Of a DNA stretch of 61,503 nucleotides, positions 37,966 to 48,144 are shown one piece after another. The notes under the pieces are model-generated. The model had not been told where the DNA came from. It did not search any database and was given only the letters and a program-made list of their open reading frames with translations. Numbering within the stretch: position 1 is the stretch's first letter; each line of letters begins with the position of its first letter. Origin of the DNA: Candidatus Thorarchaeota archaeon. GTDB lineage: Archaea > Asgardarchaeota > Thorarchaeia > Thorarchaeales > Thorarchaeaceae. The stretch lies in contig CP070761.1 of the NCBI GenBank assembly GCA_020348985.1, positions 1,459,646 through 1,521,148 of the forward strand, read 5' to 3'. Both the position numbers and the translations under genes were made by a program.

Positions 37966-39228
37966 ATGAGCGAGCTGTCAATCAGAGACCGTATCAAGAA
38001 GAAGAAATGGGTCTACGAAGAGATCGTCGAAAGAGTCCCGCCATTCAGATGGTTACCGCCAACTCTAGACGTCGTCGCTCAACTTCTACTTGTTGAGGCA
38101 GTGGGGATAATCGCATTCATCTACTTTCAGATGCCCCTTGAAGCTGTCATATTCGGTTCGCTCGCAATTGTCTACACAGTTGTCTGGTCTGCAGGATGCT
38201 TGAACATCATTCCTTGGGTCAGACGCCTGAGGGACCCAACAAATGAACAAGAATTGCGAGTTCTGCAAGCCTACAAGGAACGACTTCTTCTTAGTCGCCC
38301 AATCGAGCTAGCTGGAGGTCTCCTTTGTTTTGCCGGAGTGATTACGATTCTCTTCCTCAATCAGGATGTCTTGAGAGACTTCCTTGGTAGTGGCTTCGGG
38401 AATCCTTTACTGTTTGTTCTGGTGGGCGTGCTGGCATGGGATATCAGCTACAGACTGGGGCTTTCATTCGTCACAACTATGCTTGCGGCAAACAGATCCA
38501 TCCGACTGAGTAACGCTGCAAACAGAAGAAGAGGATTAGAATACACTGCCTATACCGAAGTCCAGACTTTGAAATCACTTGATCTGGTGAACCTATACTG
38601 GGGGGCATCAGCGGTTCTGCTCCTCCCAATAGCAAGCAGACTCCCTCTTCTGTTCTATGGCCTCCTCGCCTTTTTAGGAGCGATTCTGGGATTCTCGGTC
38701 CTAAGCTTGATGATGATGGAGACCGTTCCATGGCTTCCTCCTGATGTAGAGAGCATCCTGCATCACGAACGGTTTGCCTATGTTGCTTTGTGTTCCAAGA
38801 AGCAGACACACGTGACGCCAGTAGTGTTTGTCTATGATGGGAAGCACCTCTACTTCGCCATATCTGTGGCTTCCGCCAAGTACAGGATTCTCAAGAAGAA
38901 TGACAAGATAGCCGCGCTTGTGGATCTTCGAGACCGAAGGAATCCCATGAACAACCGGGCCGTTATGCTGCGAGGAAAAGGCATGATTCTCGGAGAGCTA
39001 ACGCCGCTGGGTACATTGAGACTCTTTATCTATGGATTGTGGATGCTCTGGGTACGATCTCTCTTCTGGAGGAAGTACCCACTCTACATGAACTACTATG
39101 AAGAACGTACTCATGAACTGCCCCTTGCTTGGCAGAACAAACCGTTCCTGTCAAGACTTATGGTTCGTATAGCGGTTGAGAAGATAACTTACTGGAGGGC
39201 GGCGAAACCGTTGCCACTCAGGGTGTGA
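37966..39228 (+). CDS. Multi-TM membrane protein with a C-terminal pyridoxamine 5'-phosphate oxidase-like split barrel
   Basis: ~6 TM helices, then FAYVAL..HVTPVVFVYDG..LYF....SAKYRILKKNDKIAALVD..AVMLRGKG. Confidence 0.75.
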   Translation: MSELSIRDRIKKKKWVYEEIVERVPPFRWLPPTLDVVAQLLLVEAVGIIAFIYFQMPLEAVIFGSLAIVYTVVWSAGCLNIIPWVRRLRDPTNEQELRVLQAYKERLLLSRPIELAGGLLCFAGVITILFLNQDVLRDFLGSGFGNPLLFVLVGVLAWDISYRLGLSFVTTMLAANRSIRLSNAANRRRGLEYTAYTEVQTLKSLDLVNLYWGASAVLLLPIASRLPLLFYGLLAFLGAILGFSVLSLMMMETVPWLPPDVESILHHERFAYVALCSKKQTHVTPVVFVYDGKHLYFAISVASAKYRILKKNDKIAALVDLRDRRNPMNNRAVMLRGKGMILGELTPLGTLRLFIYGLWMLWVRSLFWRKYPLYMNYYEERTHELPLAWQNKPFLSRLMVRIAVEKITYWRAAKPLPLRV

Positions 39229-39232
39229 TCGC

Positions 39233-39718
39233 ATGTTTCAGGCCAAACCAGCAAGGACCCAGTTGCGAAAGACCAGGAGCATTCCATTAGAGGCACTTCA
39301 TGTCCTCAAAGATGGATTCTTTGCATATCTTGCCACAGCCAAGATGGATTGCAACCCGCACCTTACGGCGATGTTCTACATATGGGACGAAGATTCTAGA
39401 TCCATCTACATGATTGCTTCGAAGAGAAGCCGCAAGCTGTATAACATCAGGAATAACACAAAGGTCTGCGTCACCATTGACGAGCGCGATCCATTTTCAC
39501 CTGGAAGAAACTGCGGTGTTATGATTAGGGGCAACGCCCACCTCGTTGAGATGGAAATCGCACCTCAAGACATCATGCTAAACTTTCTTGAGAAGTATAT
39601 GGATTTCCTCGGAGTCGGATATCCGCTCGGTACGAGAATCGCGATTCGTGTCGATCCAAAGTATCTCTCCTATTGGAAAGGAACCAACTTCTATCGTTGG
39701 AAGAACCCAGACATATAG
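39233..39718 (+). CDS. Pyridoxamine 5'-phosphate oxidase-like (FMN/F420/heme split barrel) protein
   Basis: AYLATA....PHLT...SRKLYNIRNNTKVCVTID...GVMIRG.A. Confidence 0.85.
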   Translation: MFQAKPARTQLRKTRSIPLEALHVLKDGFFAYLATAKMDCNPHLTAMFYIWDEDSRSIYMIASKRSRKLYNIRNNTKVCVTIDERDPFSPGRNCGVMIRGNAHLVEMEIAPQDIMLNFLEKYMDFLGVGYPLGTRIAIRVDPKYLSYWKGTNFYRWKNPDI

Positions 39719-39934
39719 AAGAAGGCTTGAATCACTCAATGGTCCATGGTGTGAATTCGTTCGTCAATAATATGAAATGGTTACGAGATGTAAAATAGCG
39801 CCCACAGATATCTGGATACCGTAACCATTCTGAAAACATTCGATAGCAGAATCTTGGAATTTCGGAAAGAGTTTAAAAGTCGCCCATTGTGGGACCGACC
39901 TCGACTAGCGACGAGATGCACACCATATCTCTCG

Positions 39935-41155
39935 ATGGTGACTGATGTGAAGAAGCAGGTTCGTGTTGGTTTGGTTCTCGCGGCCGTGGGATTCGTAATA
40001 ATCTTGGCCGCAGGAAGTGTTGTTGGTTTCCCCAGTCAAAGTGGAAACTGTGCTTCGAGCGGCTGTCATGATGATCCTTCTGGGATAACAATCACGACTG
40101 ACACGACTGTCAATACAGAACCAGGAGCGACATTCGAGCTCACGGTAGATGTAGTTGGACGGTCAGGTCAGAATTCGTTGCTGCTCAAGTTTCCAAGTAA
40201 TCTTGAAGACAACAGCCTCTTCACCTATGTTGGCTTGAGCGCGGAAGGCGAGGTCAGCGATGGAGATCCAGCAGATTTGGATCCCGACACAGATGAGGTC
40301 AGTGTGCAGTACAGCATTACAGCTCCCGGGGGTGCTGGTTCCTATACTCTAACTCTTTTTGCAGCCCAACATACACCAAATGGAAACAGCATTGACATAC
40401 TAGTGAGCGTTGTTCCAACGGGCCCTGGACCACTAATCACGGATGTAAATCGTACACCGTCCATTCCGGAGGCGGAAGAAACCATCACTATTACTGCGAA
40501 TATCTCTTCGCAGTACGCTATAACTGAGGCTACACTTCAGTATAGCACTGATAACGGCACAAACTGGGCGAATGTATCGATGTTTCTTGTCGGAGACTTA
40601 TACGAGGCAGAGATACCTGGTTTTGCTGATGACACATATGTCACTTACCGTATAGTGGCGGTAGATGAGAATGGGATAGAGAGCATTTCGGAGGCTGCAG
40701 AGTATGCTTACAGGGTTGGTGACTTCCCGATACCTCCCCAAGAACCGCCGCCACAGTTACACTACGGCTATTATCTCGGCGCGCCTGCCATCTTTCTGGC
40801 ATATCTAGGGACTGCACTTGAGTACTATGACGAGGAGAAGTTCACAAGGCTACACGGATTGATGCTTACTGCCGCTTACATTCTTACCTCCATCAACATT
40901 CTTCTATTGTTCCAAGAAAGCCCCTCCGCATGGACCGCTTTGAACCCGATGTACATGCTTGACATGTCGAATATATTGCTCTTCGTTCACTCTTGGCATA
41001 TCTGGATTGGCATACTCAGCATGATTCTCGGTACTCTCGCTCTAATTACGCATCTCGCAGGTTGGAAGACCTGCAATCTTGGACTACCTGCAGTTCTGCT
41101 TTGGACGATACTTGGAATATCAGGAATCTATCTCAACATCGCTTTCAGGATGTGA
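39935..41155 (+). CDS. Secreted protein with a CX4CH putative heme c motif and Ig-like domains, fused to a His-containing 4-TM cytochrome b-like domain
   Basis: Signal peptide, NCASSGCH, beta-sandwich domains, Pro linker, and TM helices with LHG and VHSWH. Confidence 0.7.
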   Translation: MVTDVKKQVRVGLVLAAVGFVIILAAGSVVGFPSQSGNCASSGCHDDPSGITITTDTTVNTEPGATFELTVDVVGRSGQNSLLLKFPSNLEDNSLFTYVGLSAEGEVSDGDPADLDPDTDEVSVQYSITAPGGAGSYTLTLFAAQHTPNGNSIDILVSVVPTGPGPLITDVNRTPSIPEAEETITITANISSQYAITEATLQYSTDNGTNWANVSMFLVGDLYEAEIPGFADDTYVTYRIVAVDENGIESISEAAEYAYRVGDFPIPPQEPPPQLHYGYYLGAPAIFLAYLGTALEYYDEEKFTRLHGLMLTAAYILTSINILLLFQESPSAWTALNPMYMLDMSNILLFVHSWHIWIGILSMILGTLALITHLAGWKTCNLGLPAVLLWTILGISGIYLNIAFRM

Positions 41156-41159
41156 TAAA

Positions 41160-42623
41160 ATGGCTGACGAACAAGAAACAGTAGTAGAGACTCTGACATC
41201 CGATGATCCAATCGTGGCCAAGATTGCCAGGATCGTTGGAGCAGAAAACGTGTCAGACACTGAGCTTGAGAGAATCGTCTACAGCGGTGACCCTTCATCA
41301 CTGCCTCAGTTCCACTATCGCTGGAAGTACAAGTATCTAGTTGATTATGTTGTAAGAGTCAAATCGATTGACCAAGTCCAGGCCATAGTCAAGATTGCTG
41401 GCGATGAGAATATTCCGATAATCCCGAGAGGCGGTGCGTCAAGCTGCCTTGGATCTTCAAGTCCAACACGCGGCGGGATTTCACTCGACACGAAACCAAT
41501 GAATCAGGTAATAGAAATCAACTCCTCGGAGATGTACGTTCGTGTGGAGGCAGGTGTCACGTTCAATCAACTTGAAAGAGAGTTATTCAAACATGGTGTG
41601 ACTCTGGGAATCCGACCAACAAGTGCGAGGTCTGCGGTAATCGGAGGCTGGATTGGGTGTGGGGGCGAGGCGGGCATAGGTACTCCCCTTCACGGATCGC
41701 TAGTCAGCAACATCCTCGAGCTGAAAGTAGTCAAGCCAAACGGCGAGTCTGTGAACGTAACTGGTGATGATATTGGTCTCTTCTGTGGCTCCTATGGAAT
41801 CTTAGGCGTCATCTGTGAGGCCAAGCTTCGCGTTGTCAAGTACCCCAGTGGACATACTACCTTCAGCTATGCGTTCGATCTTCTTGAACACACCTGCAAT
41901 GCAATGAGGCATCTGTCAATGCTGGAGCCACAGCCAGTGTATCTCAAGATTGCAGACAAGCAGTTTCAGTCATACAGCAATCCTCTGGAAAAGGGGAACT
42001 ATGTCTTGACGGCAACCTATCAGAACGAACCCGACCCCTGTCCTACGGACAAGATCGAGGCGATAATGGCAGATAATGGTGGCGAATATCTCGGTGCAGA
42101 CTATTCCCTCAAAGACTGGTATTTGGTTGAGGATTGTGAGTTCAATCCTAAGGAGCACTGCCAGACTCTAATGTTCCAGGAAATGCTTGTACAAGTTGAC
42201 AAGCTCTATGATCTGCTTAAGTCATACGAATCCTACAAGAAGTCACACAAGACACCAGCGATTTGGTTTGCGATGCTTGGGCATGATGGTTGGATTCGAG
42301 CAGAACTTATGGCGATGCTAGATCCTGAGAAGTATCTGAAGTTTATTGGTTCGAAGGGAATCTTGCACAAAATGGTGGGCAAGTCAGTCAAGCTGGGTGG
42401 GGGACCATATACGATTGGCCTTCAGAACTCAGTCTACATGAAACGGGCATTTCCAAATAGACAAGAGAAGATGATTGTTGCTAAGGACAAATGGGATCCT
42501 GGTGGTATCATGAATCCAGATAGAGTGACATCATGCTTAACATCGTACCTTAGAATGAATGTGTTGTTCCAGCTCGCTGCTGGGATAAGGCGCCTGTCTA
42601 AGATAATTGACCGAGGTGAATGA
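41160..42623 (+). CDS. VAO/GlcD-type FAD-binding oxidoreductase (subtype B)
   Basis: PRGGASSCLG, VEAG, AVIGGW, GSYGILGVI and WDP.GIMNP; no EHG motif. Confidence 0.88.
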   Translation: MADEQETVVETLTSDDPIVAKIARIVGAENVSDTELERIVYSGDPSSLPQFHYRWKYKYLVDYVVRVKSIDQVQAIVKIAGDENIPIIPRGGASSCLGSSSPTRGGISLDTKPMNQVIEINSSEMYVRVEAGVTFNQLERELFKHGVTLGIRPTSARSAVIGGWIGCGGEAGIGTPLHGSLVSNILELKVVKPNGESVNVTGDDIGLFCGSYGILGVICEAKLRVVKYPSGHTTFSYAFDLLEHTCNAMRHLSMLEPQPVYLKIADKQFQSYSNPLEKGNYVLTATYQNEPDPCPTDKIEAIMADNGGEYLGADYSLKDWYLVEDCEFNPKEHCQTLMFQEMLVQVDKLYDLLKSYESYKKSHKTPAIWFAMLGHDGWIRAELMAMLDPEKYLKFIGSKGILHKMVGKSVKLGGGPYTIGLQNSVYMKRAFPNRQEKMIVAKDKWDPGGIMNPDRVTSCLTSYLRMNVLFQLAAGIRRLSKIIDRGE

Positions 42624-42627
42624 AACG

Positions 42628-43749
42628 ATGAGAGTTGATCTACAAAAGAAGATAATGCGTCATTGTGGTTCATGCAACTTCTGTCGTGATTTTTGCCCCA
42701 TGTATCAGCAACTTGGATCAGAACTGGATAGCCCCGGAGGGAAGTTGAGAGCCCTTAGGGCCTATGCTGAGAAGATGAGGAAACCACCCCAGGAGCTGCT
42801 TGACAGGCTATATTGTGCTGACTGCAGGAGATGTGAAGCAATCTGTCCGGCTGGCGTTCCTGTCACTACCATTTGGCATGATGCAAAGGCATCACTACTG
42901 GCGACAGGCGGTGAAATGTCCGAGAACCTGATGAAGGTTCTGGAATGGATTGACCAGGAGGGTACGGCTTTCATAGGTTACGAGGCAGACGACAGGACAG
43001 AATGGGCAGAAGACCTTGAGCTGCCGCCTGAGTCAAACACAGCCATATTCTCTGGTTGCATGGGTTCATACTACTATCCGGACCAACCTGAGATTGTCGT
43101 TGACATGCTTGACAAACTCAAGATATCTGCTGGCTATGTTCCGAGTGAGCAATGCTGCGGTCTCTTCAACTACTGGGCAGGCGACGATAAGGGATTCGAA
43201 GCCGTTGCCAGAAAGAACTATGAGATGTTCAAGAAGGCAGGAGTGGACCACATAGTAACTGGCTGTGGAGGTTGCTTCGGAACTCTTGCTGAACACTATC
43301 CGCACTTCATCCCAGAGTTCGACATCAAAATCCATCATACTGTAGAAGTGCTCGCCGATAGCGTGAGAAACGGTGTTCTCACATTCAGCGGAAAGGAGGG
43401 AACGTACACATTTCATGACAGCTGCCATCTAGGCCGCGCTCTCGGAATCTTCGAACCGCCTCGTGAGATAATCCGAGCTGTCCCAGGGCTTGAACTAGTC
43501 GAAATGGCCAATCACCATGAAGACTCCGCGTGCTGTGGAGGTTTTCTCACGGTGCTTGACCCGGATCTCGCTGACATGGTAGGCAAGTCTAGAGTGCAGG
43601 AAGCAGTGGACATCGGAGTAGATGGGATTATCACTGAATGTGTATCTTGTTACAAGAGCCTCGGATACAGTGCAAGAGAGACAAACTTGGAAGTGATTCA
43701 GCTTGACGAGCTGATTCTTGACCTTGCGATGTCATCAGTGAGGGAGTAA
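42628..43749 (+). CDS. HdrD/GlcF-like CCG-domain Fe-S protein, copy 2
   Basis: CGSCNFCRDFCP, CADCRRCEAICP, QCCG..CGGC and HDSC..ACCGG..CVSC. Start approximate. Confidence 0.9.
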   Translation: MRVDLQKKIMRHCGSCNFCRDFCPMYQQLGSELDSPGGKLRALRAYAEKMRKPPQELLDRLYCADCRRCEAICPAGVPVTTIWHDAKASLLATGGEMSENLMKVLEWIDQEGTAFIGYEADDRTEWAEDLELPPESNTAIFSGCMGSYYYPDQPEIVVDMLDKLKISAGYVPSEQCCGLFNYWAGDDKGFEAVARKNYEMFKKAGVDHIVTGCGGCFGTLAEHYPHFIPEFDIKIHHTVEVLADSVRNGVLTFSGKEGTYTFHDSCHLGRALGIFEPPREIIRAVPGLELVEMANHHEDSACCGGFLTVLDPDLADMVGKSRVQEAVDIGVDGIITECVSCYKSLGYSARETNLEVIQLDELILDLAMSSVRE

Positions 43750-43794
43750 AGACAACCCACAGAAATAAATGAGAGTAAATTTGGAAGTGTAACC

Positions 43795-45123
43795 ATGAGC
43801 AGTCCACGAGGTACGAAGGTAGTTATTGTTGGTGCTGGAATAGCTGGATTTAGTTGCGCTTTGGAACTAAAAGGCCTGAAGGCACGCTGCACAATTCTTG
43901 AGAAAGAGAGCACTGTTGGCGGACGTACCAGGTCCTATACAGAATCTGGTTATGTCTTCGACCAAGGTCTTCACTTCTTTGTCGGTGGTTTCAAGTCGCT
44001 CATTCCGATTCTAGAGAGAAGCGGCGTGAGGATGACTACTGTTGGAGAAGGTGCAGTCTGGATCAAGGACGGTGAGAAGCACATTGTCCGGAAGTCAGCA
44101 GTTGATCTTGCGAGATTCGGTCTGCTCCCAGTTCCGGACAGGGCGAGGCTTGGCTTGCTCGTGCAAGAGAACATAGGCAGAGAAGACAATGAATTCCTTG
44201 ACATTGACAATATGACCTTCACGCAATACGCAGAGGAGAAGGGTATTCCTGAGTCTATTCAGAATGATTTCTATGACCCACTCATTCGCACAGTCACATT
44301 CATGACTCCGGATGAGGTGTCTGCTGGTCAGTATCTGTACTCTGAGAAGCTCCGCTTTGCCTACGAAGAAGGCTTCAGGGCTATGTACCCAGAGAGAGGC
44401 GGTCTCGGTAGCGTGCCATATACACTCATGCTCCAGGCACGCAACTTCGCTGTCGAACCTCGGGTGAATTGTGCCGTGAAGCAGGTTGTGATTGAGGACG
44501 ATAAGGTTCAGGGTGTAGAGTATGAGACTGAAGGCAAAGCTGAATACCTAGAGGCTGACGCTGCAGTCATTACGACTCCTATTGATTTGCTCCCGAATCT
44601 CGTGAAAATGAACAAGCTTCCAAGCGATTTTGCAAAAGCAGTCGGCAAGTTCTCCTACACTCCGTCAACTGTTGCCTACTTTGGCCTTTCATCTCGAGTC
44701 CTTGATTTCAACGTCGGCGCGTTCGTCCCTGGAAGGAAGATAAACATCATTGCAGAAGCCAAGAGAGTCTCTGGTGTGCTTGCACCAATCGGAGAATCAC
44801 TTCTCACGGTTACTAGCATAGACAAAGATCTTCTGAAGATGAGCAATGGTGAAGCGACCGAAGCAATCCTGGATGAGCTTAAGGAGCTAATACCGGGCGT
44901 CGAGAAGAAGGTGACTTGGAAGAAGAGCTGGAAGATTTGGAGATCTGTTCTTGCTCAGCCCCCAGGAATCTTCGAGGACCGGCTAAAGACGAACCGCACC
45001 GGAGTGGAAGGGCTCTATGTCGCAGGGTCCCATGCCAATTGCGGGATGTACTATGCCTCAATGGAAGCTGCATCCAGGTCGGGCATAGCCTGTGCAGGCG
45101 AGATGGTCGCAGACCTCACGTGA
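43795..45123 (+). CDS. Flavin amine-oxidase superfamily oxidoreductase (HemY/HpnE/phytoene desaturase-like)
   Basis: VGAGIAG, LEKESTVGGR, DQGLHFF and GLYVAG...SMEAASRSG. Confidence 0.8.
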   Translation: MSSPRGTKVVIVGAGIAGFSCALELKGLKARCTILEKESTVGGRTRSYTESGYVFDQGLHFFVGGFKSLIPILERSGVRMTTVGEGAVWIKDGEKHIVRKSAVDLARFGLLPVPDRARLGLLVQENIGREDNEFLDIDNMTFTQYAEEKGIPESIQNDFYDPLIRTVTFMTPDEVSAGQYLYSEKLRFAYEEGFRAMYPERGGLGSVPYTLMLQARNFAVEPRVNCAVKQVVIEDDKVQGVEYETEGKAEYLEADAAVITTPIDLLPNLVKMNKLPSDFAKAVGKFSYTPSTVAYFGLSSRVLDFNVGAFVPGRKINIIAEAKRVSGVLAPIGESLLTVTSIDKDLLKMSNGEATEAILDELKELIPGVEKKVTWKKSWKIWRSVLAQPPGIFEDRLKTNRTGVEGLYVAGSHANCGMYYASMEAASRSGIACAGEMVADLT

Positions 45124-45227
45124 GAGTCAATCAGAAAGAATAGGTGTGTCCTGCAAAAAAGGACACGTGCCATTCTTTATACGCTCGTTTCGTACCGGCT
45201 GAACATGACTTCCACGGGTGTGCCATC

Positions 45228-46421
45228 TTGACAAAGTTTGATGTGTCAAAGCAAGGAGCTCTCAGCACCGAACCGTATGTCTGTGCATCCTGTGGAAACT
45301 GTACTCTAGTATGTCCAGTGTTCAGGCAGATGAAATGGGAACCGTACGGATCAAGGGGAAAACTGCACGTCATCAAATCCATTGTTGAAGGAAGGGAAGA
45401 GTTCGATGAAGACATCGTGCAGAAGATTTTCATGTGTGCGCTCTGTGAGCATTGCACAGAGGTCTGCACAACAAGCATCAATCTTGATAGGTTCTGGGAA
45501 GCAGCTAGAAGGTATGCACTCGAAGAAGGTCTCCTACCTCCTCCTGCGGCGTATGCTAGGGAGTCAGTTTTGTCCTTCGGGGATCCCTTTTCAATGGGGC
45601 CCTCCAACAGAATGATCTGGAGTGAAGGTTTGGAAGAAATCATTCAAGATAGAATAAACAAACCTGCTGAAGTTGCATACTTCCTGGGGTGTCATGTTGG
45701 CCTCAATGCGCAGGTGCATGATATTGCACGCTCAATGGTTAGGATACTCGATTATGCTGGAGTTGATTTCACTCTCCTCGGGGACCTCGAAACATGCTGT
45801 GGTGCTCCTCTGGTCTGGGCAGGGGATCCTGACAGTGCACCACCGGTCAACGGGAAGAATATCGAAGCAATGCGGAAGCTTGGTGTGCGCAAGATTATCT
45901 TCAGTTGTCCTTCCTGTATAACTGCATGGCAGAGCACTTACTATCAGATTCACGGAAAACCCGTGCGTGATGAATTCGAACTTCTGACCCCATCACAGTT
46001 CATTGCACGACTCAACGACAAGGGCCTATTGGATTATGAAGAGCAGCCGATGGTAACAGTGACTTTCCACGACCCATGCATATCGGCACGAAGACTAAAG
46101 ACAACAAAAGAGCCACGTGATGTCATTGAAAGGATACCTGGTGTATACAAAGTTGAAACAGTGCCTTCGGAGCAAGAAACTAGATGCTGTGGATCACATG
46201 CACTGCTTAACAGGATCGACCCGCTGCTCGCGTCCCAAATTGCTGAAATGCGCCTTCGAGATGTCTCTGTTACTCCAGCAACAATGGTAATTACCGAGTG
46301 CCCGAGATGTATTAGAGCCTTTGACCTTGCTAGAATGACGTTGGGGTACAATGTAGAATTGAAGGACATCACACAGATTGTCGCTGGCTCTCTGAAACCA
46401 AAAGACTCTGGAGGTCAGTGA
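45228..46421 (+). CDS. HdrD/GlcF-like CCG-domain Fe-S protein, copy 3
   Basis: CASCGNCTLVCP, CALCEHCTEVC, TCCG..CPSC and HDPC..RCCG..CPRC. TTG start inferred from TTTATA at ~45177. Confidence 0.9.
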   Translation: MTKFDVSKQGALSTEPYVCASCGNCTLVCPVFRQMKWEPYGSRGKLHVIKSIVEGREEFDEDIVQKIFMCALCEHCTEVCTTSINLDRFWEAARRYALEEGLLPPPAAYARESVLSFGDPFSMGPSNRMIWSEGLEEIIQDRINKPAEVAYFLGCHVGLNAQVHDIARSMVRILDYAGVDFTLLGDLETCCGAPLVWAGDPDSAPPVNGKNIEAMRKLGVRKIIFSCPSCITAWQSTYYQIHGKPVRDEFELLTPSQFIARLNDKGLLDYEEQPMVTVTFHDPCISARRLKTTKEPRDVIERIPGVYKVETVPSEQETRCCGSHALLNRIDPLLASQIAEMRLRDVSVTPATMVITECPRCIRAFDLARMTLGYNVELKDITQIVAGSLKPKDSGGQ

Positions 46422-46425
46422 TGCC

Positions 46426-48144
46426 GTGGAAATCAATATCCAACACCTCGAAGACATTGTAGGTGCGGATAATGTTACTGACGATAGCGAGACGTGCAAG
46501 GCCTACTCCAGGGATGTGTCAAGCCTACCGAAGCTGGCCGGCCAGATTCTTGACGATCAATTTGATGCCGTAGCTCAGCCAGTGACCGTCGAATCATTAC
46601 AGAAACTTGTGACGTATTCAGGTAGGCGGAAGATTCCCTTGACGATCCGCGGAAACGGGACTTCAGGGTGGGGAGGGTCCATTCCGACACGAGGCGGAAT
46701 ATGTGTAAGTCTCACACACATGTCGAGAGTACTGAATCTCGATGACTTTGGCCTGACCGTTACCGTAGAGGCGGGAATAACTTGGCGTGAGCTGTTGATA
46801 TTCCTGAATCGTCTGGGATCAACTCTTCCGGTCTACCCATCAAGTGCGACAGCAGCTACTGTTGGAGGATTTGTTGCCAGCGGCGGCTTTGGCATTGGTT
46901 CCGCTCGATATGGAGACATAAGCTCTCAGATTGTTGGTGTCGAAGCTGTACTGTTGAATGGTAAGCTCGTACGCGTGGGCAACATGGTTTTGACTGAGCC
47001 AGATCAAGATGCCGCTCGAGCAAAGTCTGGTACAAAGTGGTTCATGAATTGGCTTGAGAGACGTGGGGGGACTGAGGAACCGGACCCTATGTCATATCTC
47101 ATTGGCACTTACGGCGTGTTTGGCATAATAACCAAAGTTACAATGAAGATAATCCCGAGACTACAGTTGCTGCCGTTTGCGGTCTCGTTCGAAACGATAG
47201 ACGATCTTGTGAGAGCTTCGATCCAGATTATCTCGGAGGCTGAGCCCTATCATCTTAGGTTTCTCGCTGACAACTACACCTCAAAACTTCGTGCTCTCAC
47301 TGGCCTCATTTTCGAGGACGGGAAGTTCATCCTATCAGGGGCGTTACTCGACACTATCTTCCAGAACGAGGAGAGTATCGAGACAATCAAGGGAATCACA
47401 GAAACCAACGGCGGAGTGGTTCTTGACATTGAGCGGGCGCAATACCACTGGGATGAACGATTGTTCCCATTGAGAATCAAACGTTTGGGACCCAGTCTTG
47501 TACCCGCAGAAGTGTTAGTACCTACTGCAGAGATTCCGTCCTTGTTGCACGATGTCCGAAGGAAGCTTGGAAGCTCTAGGTTTGCCGTGGAAGGTACAAT
47601 GGATAAATCAGGATTGTCATCTTTCTTGGTTTGGATTCTCGATGATGAGCGCAAGACCGTGTCATATACGATAGGATGGCACAGGTCGTTTGATATCGCG
47701 GCCCTCGCTAAGAAGCATGGAGGCAGTCCGTACGCAATTGCGCTTTGGAACTCAATGCACGCGAAGGAGTTCTATGGGGAACAGCTCTATGAGGAGTTCC
47801 GAGCACTGAAGAAAGAAATCGACCCTCAGAACCTTACGAACACTATGAAAGTGTTTGGAGGCCGAGTCGCTGCGGCGTGGCCATCTCTGATACTCGGGTT
47901 TCTCGGAGGGTTTATTGGACTTTCTCTCGCTTTGTGGATAGGACCCGAGATTCTGGGAGCCTCGTGGCTTAGGGACGCCTTGTTAGCACAGCCGGTTCCG
48001 TTCATGCCATTGCCACTGATAATCTTCATTGCACTCCTAGGGGGCTTGCTGGGATTCTCTGTGATCAAATTCATGTCTCTGAAGCAGGCCATGACACTTG
48101 TGTTGCCGTTGCTCAAAACGCTTGGAAGAGTGATTGGCAAGTAG
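46426..48144 (+). CDS. VAO/GlcD-type FAD oxidoreductase (subtype A) with a C-terminal TM anchor
   Basis: RGNGTSGWGG, VEAG, PSSA..ATVGG, GTYGVFGIITKV, RIKRLGPSL and LDDERK; 2 C-terminal TM helices. Confidence 0.88.
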   Translation: MEINIQHLEDIVGADNVTDDSETCKAYSRDVSSLPKLAGQILDDQFDAVAQPVTVESLQKLVTYSGRRKIPLTIRGNGTSGWGGSIPTRGGICVSLTHMSRVLNLDDFGLTVTVEAGITWRELLIFLNRLGSTLPVYPSSATAATVGGFVASGGFGIGSARYGDISSQIVGVEAVLLNGKLVRVGNMVLTEPDQDAARAKSGTKWFMNWLERRGGTEEPDPMSYLIGTYGVFGIITKVTMKIIPRLQLLPFAVSFETIDDLVRASIQIISEAEPYHLRFLADNYTSKLRALTGLIFEDGKFILSGALLDTIFQNEESIETIKGITETNGGVVLDIERAQYHWDERLFPLRIKRLGPSLVPAEVLVPTAEIPSLLHDVRRKLGSSRFAVEGTMDKSGLSSFLVWILDDERKTVSYTIGWHRSFDIAALAKKHGGSPYAIALWNSMHAKEFYGEQLYEEFRALKKEIDPQNLTNTMKVFGGRVAAAWPSLILGFLGGFIGLSLALWIGPEILGASWLRDALLAQPVPFMPLPLIIFIALLGGLLGFSVIKFMSLKQAMTLVLPLLKTLGRVIGK

